A stretch of 40,732 nucleotides of DNA from an uncultured virus (IMG/VR IMGVR_UViG_3300021400_005597) (taxonomy: Duplodnaviria; Heunggongvirae; Uroviricota; Caudoviricetes): IMG/VR virus record IMGVR_UViG_3300021400_005597; one strand, 5' to 3'. The notes below the pieces were generated by a model. The model was not told where the DNA came from. It ran no database searches and saw only the letters and a list, made by a program, of their open reading frames with translations. Below are positions 10,114 through 18,080 of the stretch, one piece after another. The stretch's first letter is position 1, and every line of letters begins with the position of its first letter. The position numbers and the translations under genes were made by a program.

Positions 10114-10575
10114 TTAATCTAAATCTTCACCAACATCGTCATCTTCTATACCTTCAAGAAGTATATCTAAGTTTTTAGAGATTTTTGAATCTCTCACTAC
10201 ATATTCATTGCCATTTTCACGGATAATAGTAAGTGGCTCTTTTAATAAGGCTGAAAAGTATTTAAGTGTTTCTTTACCTAATTCTTTGAATTTAGTAGCA
10301 TTTCTTTTTTCGTTTGCTTCGATATATTTCTTCAAATCATCTAATGTATTGATATTATTGTCTTTACATATATGATGGGCTCTTACATCAACATAGGCTA
10401 ATCTTTCAATAGGGTTTTTTACCTTTGAGATATCTGCTGTAGGTATAAGTTTATCTAATTTCCGAACAATTTCTCTTGCTCTGCCCGGTGTGATATTATA
10501 TTCCCTTGCAATGCTTGAGTAAGTATTTCCTTGCTGTCTTTTTTTATAAATTTCTAAATTTCTATTACTGACCAT
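10114..10575 (-). CDS. Helix-turn-helix protein (sigma-70 region 4-like N-terminus)
   Basis: Start re-called to ATG 10575 (GGAG SD, coupled to upstream stop); RNLEIYKKRQQGNTYSSIAREYNITPGRAREIV is an HTH. Confidence 0.65.
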   Translation of the reverse strand: MVSNRNLEIYKKRQQGNTYSSIAREYNITPGRAREIVRKLDKLIPTADISKVKNPIERLAYVDVRAHHICKDNNINTLDDLKKYIEANEKRNATKFKELGKETLKYFSALLKEPLTIIRENGNEYVVRDSKISKNLDILLEGIEDDDVGEDLD

Positions 10576-10768
10576 ATTCATCTCCATATTCTTCTTTAAT
10601 AAGTTCGTTAATTTCTTCTTTGACCTTATTTCTGTTATATTTTGTATCGCCCATAACACCATGACCTGTCTGATATGGGTTATATCTTGGTTTTTGTAAG
10701 TCAAAGGCTTTATTTTTGGATATTACTGTTATTTTTTCTTTACTCATAATCGTAATCTTCTTCGTCAT
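10565..10768 (-). CDS. Small basic hypothetical protein
   Basis: TAATG coupling to upstream gene; KPRYNPYQTGHG...KYNR. Confidence 0.65.
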   Translation of the reverse strand: MTKKITIMSKEKITVISKNKAFDLQKPRYNPYQTGHGVMGDTKYNRNKVKEEINELIKEEYGDEYGQ

Positions 10769-11409
10769 TATTGTTCATATTCATCTTCTTCAGATGTTTC
10801 TTCAAATTCGTCATAATCACGATATTTTTCTTGGTTTATTGATCTCATTGTTTTATTTAGGCTTAAAATTTCTTCTCTTTGTACTTCAAGGAGCTGCTCT
10901 TGAGTATCTTTTTGATATCTAATTTTTTCTTCTACAACGGAATGCAATCTTTCCATAAGTTCGTCTTTTCTTTCAATAAAATCTAATGCTGAATCAACGA
11001 TATTGTTGTTGATTTTTACCGTTGGTTCATTTGTGTCATACAAAAAAGAAACCGTTTTTTGAGCACCAAATTGAACATTTTCATAATTGCAAACAATAAA
11101 TTTCTGTTCTTTTGATAAAAAAACTTGCCAAACCGGGTAATAATGATTTTCCGGGTTTTCTAAAGAACCTGAAAAGATATGAGCAGTTTCTTTAGATGTA
11201 AATTTTATTCTGCCACTTGGGAATAAATTGCTGAATTCCAGATATTTTGACATTTCTTTAATAATATCTGTTATACTGTTTTCTAAATCAGACTTGCTAT
11301 CCACGATAGTTTGTTTTAGACCATCGATTGTTGCTTTTTGTTTCTCTGTTGTTTTATTTAATCTCTCTAAATCTTTGTATTCTTTTGTTAATTCTTCAAA
11401 TGTGCTCAT
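10768..11409 (-). CDS. Coiled-coil hypothetical protein
   Basis: AAGGAG SD; heptad-like ends. Confidence 0.75.
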   Translation of the reverse strand: MSTFEELTKEYKDLERLNKTTEKQKATIDGLKQTIVDSKSDLENSITDIIKEMSKYLEFSNLFPSGRIKFTSKETAHIFSGSLENPENHYYPVWQVFLSKEQKFIVCNYENVQFGAQKTVSFLYDTNEPTVKINNNIVDSALDFIERKDELMERLHSVVEEKIRYQKDTQEQLLEVQREEILSLNKTMRSINQEKYRDYDEFEETSEEDEYEQ

Positions 11410-11653
11410 AATCTTCTCCTTTAATCTCTTCGTCAGTTAACTTTATTACATTTTTATCATTTTGTAGCCGTTTTATTGTTTGTGGCAGAGCATTATAACC
11501 TGATACACTCACCTTTGGCTTACTACTTGATACATCTATTCTGTGTTCGTTATGGAGACTTTGTACTTTTAGAATGGCATCTGGCAGATTTTCTGCATTT
11601 AGCAATACTATTCTTTCCTTAGTCTCCGTAACTCTGACTGCGAATATTTCCAA
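11396..11653 (-). CDS. Small hypothetical protein
   Basis: TTG start with AAGGAG SD. Confidence 0.65.
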   Translation of the reverse strand: MEIFAVRVTETKERIVLLNAENLPDAILKVQSLHNEHRIDVSSSKPKVSVSGYNALPQTIKRLQNDKNVIKLTDEEIKGEDYEHI

Positions 11654-11665
11654 AGTTATTCTCCT

Positions 11666-11857
11666 TTACATTTCTATTTCATCTTCTTCGATGACAATTT
11701 TTGGCTTAGGCTTAGTAAAGAACATCTTTTGCCTTGTAATATTCTCTTTTGCTTTAATATCTTTTATTTCTTCTTCATCCATATCACCATCGTGATAACG
11801 CTCATCATATTTCTCGAGGTCATCTAAATAACGGTTATATTCATCATAAGTATCCAT
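11666..11857 (-). CDS. Small acidic hypothetical protein
   Basis: AAGGAG SD. Confidence 0.65.
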   Translation of the reverse strand: MDTYDEYNRYLDDLEKYDERYHDGDMDEEEIKDIKAKENITRQKMFFTKPKPKIVIEEDEIEM

Positions 11858-11896
11858 AAAAAATCTCCTTTTTAAGAATAAGCATGAGGACGCATA

Positions 11897-12205
11897 TTAT
11901 CTTTTTCCTTTACCACACCATATTCCCACACCATATTCCCACACCGTAAGGCATATTGTTCCATTTTCGAAATATCTTTCTTCATATTCCTCGTACAAAT
12001 CATCAAGAGAGTATGTATCGCCGTCAAAATGTTTAAGTTCTCCGGTCTTTGCATCATACGCACATCCCCCATAAAATTCATCATTATCTCCGTTTTCATC
12101 CGCCCATTTACATCTGCATTCAATAAACGGATAGGATTTGTTTCCAAGTTCTGCGATGATATCCCGAAGTTTCTTTCCCTTTGTCCCTGTTTCTAGGATA
12201 GGCAT
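11897..12205 (-). CDS. Hypothetical protein, C-terminus probably frameshifted by a 13-bp tandem duplication
   Basis: AAAGGAG SD; promoter motif upstream; see finding at 11872-11945. Confidence 0.7.
   Translation of the reverse strand: MPILETGTKGKKLRDIIAELGNKSYPFIECRCKWADENGDNDEFYGGCAYDAKTGELKHFDGDTYSLDDLYEEYEERYFENGTICLTVWEYGVGIWCGKGKR
11913..11945. repeat. 13-bp tandem repeat CCACACCATATTC x2.5
   Basis: Direct reading of the sequence. Confidence 0.9.
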
Positions 12206-12282
12206 GTCAATTCTCCTTTCCTTTAATTTCCATCAGTCTTTTCTTTTGAGGTGTCCATGTATATATGTAAAAAATAATAAAA

Positions 12283-12310
12283 AAAGTGCTAACTGAATTT
12301 AGTTAGCACA
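12283..12310 (-). terminator. Intrinsic terminator
   Basis: GTGCTAACT-aaattc-AGTTAGCAC plus T-run. Confidence 0.75.
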
Positions 12311-12429
12311 TTTTAGAACATAATGTAATGATTTTAGGTAATAAGAAGACAACTAGTTTTAATTCATTTAAAACAAAACTGTTTTATTGAACATACATAT
12401 ATGCAAAATAAAAAATAAAAAAAATTTAT

Positions 12430-12455
12430 AAAAAAAGAACCGGTTAAGGTTCTTT
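12430..12455 (-). terminator. Intrinsic terminator
   Basis: AAAAGAACC...GGTTCTTTT. Confidence 0.7.
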
Positions 12456-12463
12456 TAATGCTT

Positions 12464-13009
12464 TTAACTCCAATCATCAATAGTATAATTAGTTTCTTGA
12501 ATATTATTTTTATGCAGTTTTAATTGCTCTGCCAATCCTTTATAAAGCCTATAGGTTTGAGTTTCCAATCTTCTATAATTCCTTTGAAATGTTTCAAAAT
12601 CAAAATTAACTGAAAATCTTGCAGGAGTATATGAAGGCTGTAATTCTTCATATATCGTGGAATATATATTATTATAAACTTCTGGGGTATCCGCTAAAGG
12701 AATCACACTATTGATAATATTTGCGTATCTTGCAAAATGATGTGGGTGAGATTGTCCTACGCCGGCCACTTCTTCATCAGATACAATAATATTTACTGCA
12801 CCTATATTGCGTAATTCTTTATAAATTCCTTTATATAATCTTTCAAAACATAAAATCAATATATGATAATCGTCTTCAGTATATTCAATTTCCTGATCAT
12901 ATATTTTCTTTAATCTTGCCATGCTGTTTTGATTTTTTAATAAATATATATCAGTTATATTGATTTTAGGGATTTCTTTATGTTTATATGGTTTAGGCGT
13001 GGACGGCAT
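12464..13009 (-). CDS. HEPN-domain-like protein (putative toxin/RNase), paralog of 26622..27167
   Basis: CFERLYKG ... SHPHH ... LQPSYTPARF follows the E-x-x-(L/Y)-K / H / Y-x-x-x-R-(Y/F) layout of PF05168-type HEPN; overlaps a small upstream gene. Confidence 0.6.
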   Translation of the reverse strand: MPSTPKPYKHKEIPKINITDIYLLKNQNSMARLKKIYDQEIEYTEDDYHILILCFERLYKGIYKELRNIGAVNIIVSDEEVAGVGQSHPHHFARYANIINSVIPLADTPEVYNNIYSTIYEELQPSYTPARFSVNFDFETFQRNYRRLETQTYRLYKGLAEQLKLHKNNIQETNYTIDDWS

Positions 13010-13283
13010 AACGGTAACCCTTTACTTCTTCAGCTTCTTGTTCAGATATCACTTCGATTAAAAAGCAGTCATTACTTGCTAATTCTGAAACAAAATCAAT
13101 TATATCAGAAGAAATATTATTGTTTAATACTATCCACAATGTTTGATGCCCAGGGGTAGGAGCAATAATATATTCGATTGAATTAAATGATTTTGCCTGA
13201 TTATATATCTTTATTAAGGTTTCTTTTTGGTTTTCATTCAAAAAAGATGGAATATTGTTGATAGATGTTGAAAACATAAGCAT
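12993..13283 (-). CDS. Small partner of HEPN-like gene (degenerate MNT-like antitoxin candidate)
   Basis: 96 aa, own promoter motif, overlaps HEPN start, MNT-like end (EEVKGYRY); no GS/DxD motif. Confidence 0.45.
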   Translation of the reverse strand: MLMFSTSINNIPSFLNENQKETLIKIYNQAKSFNSIEYIIAPTPGHQTLWIVLNNNISSDIIDFVSELASNDCFLIEVISEQEAEEVKGYRYAVHA

Positions 13284-13406
13284 ATTCCTTTCTATGTGTT
13301 TATGTTATATGTAAAATAAAAAATAAAAAAATTGTTAGGGTATAATATTCTTATGTTTATTTTATTTAATTCTAATTAAAAAGACAAGTTTGGTGATTAT
13401 ATTTCA

Positions 13407-13583
13407 TTAAACTTCGTCAAAATCAACATCAGCTGAATGCAAAAAATCCAACGATTCTTGATTTAACATCATTCTGTTTCCAGAATCATAATCAAAATCT
13501 AATCCTTCATTTTCTAATAACTTGGCTGCATTACTTTCTTCTTCTTTATCAGAAAAAATTATTCTAATGTCTTTTTCTGTCAT
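13407..13583 (-). CDS. Small acidic protein (58 aa, below ORF-track cutoff)
   Basis: AAGGAG SD; MTEKDIRIIFSDKEEESNAAKLLENEGLDFDYDSGNRMMLNQESLDFLHSADVDFDEV*. Confidence 0.7.
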   Translation of the reverse strand: MTEKDIRIIFSDKEEESNAAKLLENEGLDFDYDSGNRMMLNQESLDFLHSADVDFDEV

Positions 13584-13594
13584 AATGGTTCTCC

Positions 13595-13792
13595 TTATAA
13601 TTCATAATTGTCTTCTTGAATGAGATGCTTGAATGTGTCTTCGATTTCTGTAGATACTGTTGTAGAATAATCACCTACTACCTTATCTCCTATAAAGCAA
13701 TTGCCACGATATACGCAGTCTGCATCACTAAAATTGATATCTATTGATGTTACATCTTCGATTTTATCACCATACCACATATCAACTGTCAT
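13595..13792 (-). CDS. Small hypothetical protein
   Basis: Operon context, SD. Confidence 0.7.
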   Translation of the reverse strand: MTVDMWYGDKIEDVTSIDINFSDADCVYRGNCFIGDKVVGDYSTTVSTEIEDTFKHLIQEDNYEL

Positions 13793-13794
13793 AA

Positions 13795-14007
13795 TTATTG
13801 TCCTTTCTTTTTATAATGAAGAGTATCTCTGCTTCTTCCGCCTTTAAACTTTTGTATTTCCTTTTCAAAATCAAATGATTTGGTTTCTTCTTTAGGTATT
13901 ACCGCACCTTCATCACCAAAATATTTGATATTTTTAATAGGATCGCTATCCCAGAATGTTGTTCTTTCTTCGAGAACTTCGTCTCTCCAATCTTCATCGA
14001 ATTCCAT
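13795..14007 (-). CDS. Small hypothetical protein
   Basis: GGAG SD, operon context. Confidence 0.65.
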   Translation of the reverse strand: MEFDEDWRDEVLEERTTFWDSDPIKNIKYFGDEGAVIPKEETKSFDFEKEIQKFKGGRSRDTLHYKKKGQ

Positions 14008-14009
14008 AT

Positions 14010-14228
14010 CTATAACTCCATTTCATCAAGAATATCTTGTACGGACATCTGCCCTTCTATTTGTCTTTCTTCTTCAAGCATGTATCTTGCCTTATTACAT
14101 AGGCTTTTTGCTCCGGACAATGAATTTTTGATTTTTTGTGGCAAATTATTAGTATTTCTTACATTTTCGATACGCTGTAAGATATCTGCTAATTCTTCTT
14201 TACAGCAATCTATACCTTCGTTGGTCAT
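14010..14228 (-). CDS. Small hypothetical protein with QIEGQMS motif
   Basis: AAGGAG SD, promoter motif upstream. Confidence 0.7.
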   Translation of the reverse strand: MTNEGIDCCKEELADILQRIENVRNTNNLPQKIKNSLSGAKSLCNKARYMLEEERQIEGQMSVQDILDEMEL

Positions 14229-14285
14229 TTTTCATATCTCCTTTAAGGAATATATGTAAAAAATATAAATAAAAATGCAAAAAGA

Positions 14286-14312
14286 AAAATGCCATCTATA
14301 AGATGACATCTT
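14286..14312 (-). terminator. Intrinsic terminator
   Basis: ATGTCATCT-tat-AGATGGCAT plus T-run. Confidence 0.65.
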
Positions 14313-14396
14313 TCCGAGGTAAAAAATGTGTAATTACTTGCTCATAACAAGAGACAAAAACCTATGAAACTAATTATATATGTAAAAAATAATTTT

Positions 14397-14555
14397 TTAT
14401 TTTAGTGTCATACGCTTAACAATGTGATTATGTCTATGAATTAAATCATTAATTGCTGCAATATTAGGAAAGCGTTCTTTCTTAAGTCTGTATATTTCAT
14501 TATCTACTTTGTTAAGTGCTGCACGAAGCTTGAATAATTCAATCATCAATCTCAT
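14397..14555 (-). CDS. Small basic protein (52 aa, below cutoff)
   Basis: AAAGGG SD; MRLMIELFKLRAALNKVDNEIYRLKKERFPNIAAINDLIHRHNHIVKRMTLK*. Confidence 0.55.
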   Translation of the reverse strand: MRLMIELFKLRAALNKVDNEIYRLKKERFPNIAAINDLIHRHNHIVKRMTLK

Positions 14556-14566
14556 ATTTTCCCTTT

Positions 14567-14812
14567 CTAAAAGAAGATAAACTTTGCAATAATAATGAAA
14601 ATGCCAAGAATGATAATAAATAATGTTGTCCAGAAATCCTGCCGTTTAGATAACATTAAAAACTGCTGTTTTAATGGTTTTCCACGAAGACTGGCATTAA
14701 GTTTCTCTTCTTCAGCCAATTTTGCCATTCTTTTTTCTTTTCTTTCGGCTTCTTTTTGCTGTCTTTGTTCAAGTCTTTGAAGTTCATAAACTGATGGTCT
14801 AAATAATCCCAT
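14567..14812 (-). CDS. Small membrane protein (C-terminal TM helix)
   Basis: GAGGAG SD; hydrophobic C-terminus. Confidence 0.7.
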   Translation of the reverse strand: MGLFRPSVYELQRLEQRQQKEAERKEKRMAKLAEEEKLNASLRGKPLKQQFLMLSKRQDFWTTLFIIILGIFIIIAKFIFF

Positions 14813-14892
14813 TTTTAATCTCCTCGTATTATATAGTCATACCCATTCTTTACCTTTACATACAAATCAACAACTGGACTCAACATAAACAC

Positions 14893-15363
14893 TTATACGC
14901 TTAAATCAGTATAAAACCGTTGATATTCTTTTGGAATATTAGCCAAAATCATATTCAGATAATACTGATATTCTTCTTTGTAGAATTTTCCATCCTTAAT
15001 GATTTTGCTCCGCACAGAATCCAGTATCTTGAATGCCTTATCGTAGTACTCCCTTGATGTGTCATACTCTCCGTCGGCACGAACATTATATTTCACATCA
15101 TAAGCCGCATCAGAGAAGTCAATGTCCTTTGTCTGTCTTTCTTCAATTATCTCCCCGGTTTCGATGTCAGTTATTGCCCATACCGTTGGTCTATCAACCA
15201 TGCCTAATTCAATATCTTCGCGTGTAAAGAAGAACACAAAACAGGCAAGATAATATTTATTGTTTTCGTAGTAAACCATTGGATACGATGTGCTATGCGG
15301 TGATTTGGCTCCGTTTAATATACTATTTTGCAATTTGGCATTTGCCTCTTTACTTATTACCAT
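14893..15363 (-). CDS. Hypothetical protein
   Basis: AAGGAG SD. Confidence 0.75.
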   Translation of the reverse strand: MVISKEANAKLQNSILNGAKSPHSTSYPMVYYENNKYYLACFVFFFTREDIELGMVDRPTVWAITDIETGEIIEERQTKDIDFSDAAYDVKYNVRADGEYDTSREYYDKAFKILDSVRSKIIKDGKFYKEEYQYYLNMILANIPKEYQRFYTDLSV

Positions 15364-15374
15364 AAATGTTCTCC

Positions 15375-15854
15375 TTAGACATTTGATTTTTTGTATTGTT
15401 CAAATAAGTCAATAATTTCACTTGTTGAAATTCTGTTTTCAACTCTTTGAGGTGGTACGCACATGGTAGCATTTCTTTTCTTATAAAGATAAACAATTTT
15501 GGCACCTTCAATTTCGTTTATAGCAATATACTTTGTACATACATTTTTTTCTTCTGTTTTCCATCCTGGCAGAATACCCTCAGAAAATCTTAGTAAAACC
15601 TTACCATTTACATAGTCTCTACCATCAAATCCAACTTGCCAGTAAAATGGTGTATTTGGTAAACCGGTATTGAAATCTACCCAAAGTTCTACATTAAATA
15701 CATCAATCAATTCATTCTCAGAAACACTTTTATAGAAAATATCTCCATCTTTTTTAAAATCTCCATTTGCTTTCTCTGGATTCCTAGTAATTATTTCCTT
15801 TTTTCTTTTATTTGCAGCATAGAAATAAAGGTTATCATTATATTTTGCAAACAT
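15375..15854 (-). CDS. Hypothetical protein
   Basis: AGGAG SD immediately downstream of tmRNA. Confidence 0.75.
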   Translation of the reverse strand: MFAKYNDNLYFYAANKRKKEIITRNPEKANGDFKKDGDIFYKSVSENELIDVFNVELWVDFNTGLPNTPFYWQVGFDGRDYVNGKVLLRFSEGILPGWKTEEKNVCTKYIAINEIEGAKIVYLYKKRNATMCVPPQRVENRISTSEIIDLFEQYKKSNV

Positions 15855-15880
15855 ACTACACTCCTATTTATTTTATTTAG

Positions 15881-16244
15881 TGGACCTGACGGGAGTCGAA
15901 CCCGTGTCCTAAGAATCCATTTAAAGTATTCTACAAGTTTATCTTATTTTTAATAGGCTATCAGATATCTAAATAAGCAAACTTGTCTGATATCCAGCGA
16001 TTGTGGCCTTAAGTGTAAATACTTTTGCTATCCTCTTTACACCGCAAAGAGCTTCCTTTAACCATACGAAATACGCTCTTACTATTCGCTATGGATTAAC
16101 TCTCAAAGAGAGGTACCTAAAATTAGGCAACTGCTAAAACAGGTTCAGCGTTTATTTTTTGATGTCGGATTTAAGTGGTGTCCATCATCCACTACTTGCT
16201 TTCCTTTAAATGAAATTCCCAGTCGAAACCATAAAATCAAGCCC
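15881..16244 (-). ncRNA. ssrA: tmRNA, tag peptide (A)AEPVLAVA*
   Basis: 5' GGGCTTGA...GGTTTCGAC and 3' GGACACGGGTTCGACTCCCGTCAGGTCCA; acceptor stem with G3:U wobble and discriminator A; resume codon GCT after AAATAAAC, tag ORF 16149-16123; 364 nt. Confidence 0.93.
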
Positions 16245-16919
16245 TTATTCATAACTCCACAAATAACCTAAATATTGTTTCCTTTCTCCTCTGCAAGCCC
16301 TTGAAAGGTGTGGACCGCTTCCATTTACAGCTTTAGCTGCTTCTATTGTTGAATGATATTTATTTACATACTTACCGTCTAATGTTCTTTGTATGACAAT
16401 TTTAGGCGGCTTTGAATATTTTCTATGTTTTGGCTTAAATGTTTTATATTGATCTTCATAACACCAATAATAGCCATAAGCTGATATTTGTTTTCCAGTA
16501 CAAGCATTAGATATTTTGGTATTATGTTTGCCTAAATAATCGCCAGCCTCGTGCGTCGAAGAAAATCTATTAAGAATTTGCAAAGTATGTATGTCTATTT
16601 GCAAAACACTTTTCTTTAAAGAGTCGCCCGTATCTCCGCCAAGTGTTGCATTATAACCATTTTTATATGAATCATATTTCAATATATATTTCTTTTCTTT
16701 AGCATTTGCTTCTTTTTTATTATTAGCAAAATCTATTTGTTGAATTGTAAAATTATGAACACCATATTTAATCATTGCAGAATATAATGGTCTATTTGTC
16801 CATTCGGAATGCAATGCTTTATTTTTATGTTGGGCAAATCTACATTCTATTGTATTTTTTGTTTGTCCTACATAAACTTTATCGTTTATATTATTGGTAA
16901 TAACATAAATAATATACAT
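16245..16919 (-). CDS. Free-standing GIY-YIG homing endonuclease with two NUMOD1/IENR1-like HTH repeats
   Basis: IIYVITN...VYVGQT...RF.QH...E..YI...GYN; C-terminal repeats F.S..EA...I..AC.G....AYGY.W; start re-called to MYIIY (16919), track start 16979. Confidence 0.88.
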   Translation of the reverse strand: MYIIYVITNNINDKVYVGQTKNTIECRFAQHKNKALHSEWTNRPLYSAMIKYGVHNFTIQQIDFANNKKEANAKEKKYILKYDSYKNGYNATLGGDTGDSLKKSVLQIDIHTLQILNRFSSTHEAGDYLGKHNTKISNACTGKQISAYGYYWCYEDQYKTFKPKHRKYSKPPKIVIQRTLDGKYVNKYHSTIEAAKAVNGSGPHLSRACRGERKQYLGYLWSYE

Positions 16920-16975
16920 AGCTACGATAATTTTTAAATTAAACAATGAATATTTTGCTGCAAATATATTAAAAT

Positions 16976-17140
16976 GCAAGGGTAACCCTAACCCGGATAT
17001 GTATCTGCCGACACATTATCACACCTTTCCATGTTTTTTATCGGAATGCCCCCTTGCCATCTACCAACCCCTTACTCTTGAGCAGTAGCATTGGAAACAG
17101 GTTTTTATGTGAGCCTAAGTAAGCCGGACATCACAACGGA
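16976..17140 (-). ncRNA. Candidate structured RNA between tRNA-Cys and the GIY-YIG gene
   Basis: GC-richer than flanks with several complementary segments; family not recognised. Confidence 0.4.
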
Positions 17141-17143
17141 TCA

Positions 17144-17217
17144 AGTCGATGATAGGATTCGAACCTACGATTAGCAGTTTTGCAGACTGCTCTCTTTAGC
17201 CACTTGAGTACATCGAC
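17144..17217 (-). tRNA. tRNA-Cys(GCA)
   Basis: GTCGATG/CATCGAC acceptor, GCAGT-CTGCAAA-ACTGC anticodon arm, GGTTCGAATCC T-arm, U discriminator; CCA not encoded. Confidence 0.95.
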
Positions 17218-17261
17218 TATAATGGAACTAGTTCTGCCAGTTGAAATATACCTACATATAT

Positions 17262-18080
17262 TTACAGCCAGTCATATGATGTTTTTCCATCCTGATATAT
17301 GATTATGTCATTTACGATCAGGTATTTATCGTTTCCAAAGGGTACTGATGATTTTTTTAATCCCCTATGATAAGAAAAATAATATCCATTTCTTTCAAAT
17401 GTTACATTAAAACATACATCGCATCCCCCATGATTTACATAATTTACATTCTTTATATTTAAAATGCTGTTAACTATCTTACAGTCAAGGGTTTTTAAAT
17501 CTTCAGGTTTTATATACCTATAATCAGCTCTTAATGATAAAGATGTATTTTTATATTTAGACCAGCGTTTGATTTTCTCTAAAAAATCATCATTTTCGCT
17601 GGTTATTGAATTAATTTTTATAGGCTTTTCTATCTTTGTTATAAATTCATCTGATGCGATATCATTCGAGAATAATCCTCTATCCTTATCTATATTTATA
17701 CCATGCCTTGATATATTTAAAGCATCTATTCTGCTTTTATTTATATATTTAGCCAACTTTTTTTCAGTATAAACAGCTGTCGGAACAGAAGAATTAACAT
17801 ATATCTTATATTTCTTTGGAATGGCTTTTAATACTTCAGAAAGCACATCCAGATTAGCAAAAGGCTCTCCACCTGTTATAACAAAACTTTTAACATATTT
17901 TGCCAATGGATCATTTTTACAAAAATCCTTAATACTATATATTACTTTTTTAAGATCGGGCTTTTTTTCCGAATAAGAAGCCTTACTTGTACAAAATCTG
18001 CAGTTATTCGTACAGTCTGTAGGAATAAATACAGTTACAGATAAATCTTCTCTTCCCGGAATATATATCTTATCTTTCAA
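17262..18080 (-). CDS. Radical SAM protein
   Basis: CTNNCRFC (CxxxCxxC), ITGGEP, LNISRH; extra C-terminal CDVC. Confidence 0.9.
   Translation of the reverse strand: MKDKIYIPGREDLSVTVFIPTDCTNNCRFCTSKASYSEKKPDLKKVIYSIKDFCKNDPLAKYVKSFVITGGEPFANLDVLSEVLKAIPKKYKIYVNSSVPTAVYTEKKLAKYINKSRIDALNISRHGINIDKDRGLFSNDIASDEFITKIEKPIKINSITSENDDFLEKIKRWSKYKNTSLSLRADYRYIKPEDLKTLDCKIVNSILNIKNVNYVNHGGCDVCFNVTFERNGYYFSYHRGLKKSSVPFGNDKYLIVNDIIIYQDGKTSYDWL

Noticed and set aside
10565..11653. C-termini YGDEYGQ and KGEDYEHI as tag examples
   Set aside because: Explained by the overlapping GGAG SD and start of the next gene; excluded from the tag list.
11872..12147. 91-aa alternative-frame ORF
   Set aside because: No SD; only its last ~19 codons are meaningful, as the likely ancestral C-terminus of 11897..12205.
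15881..17140. Group I intron housing the GIY-YIG gene
   Set aside because: tmRNA and tRNA-Cys are both uninterrupted, and no P7-type core was recognisable.
17100..17143. RNase P RNA (CCGGCTTA) or theta/HDV-like ribozyme after tRNA-Cys
   Set aside because: No GAGGAAAGTCC partner for P4, and I could not build the HDV nested double pseudoknot.
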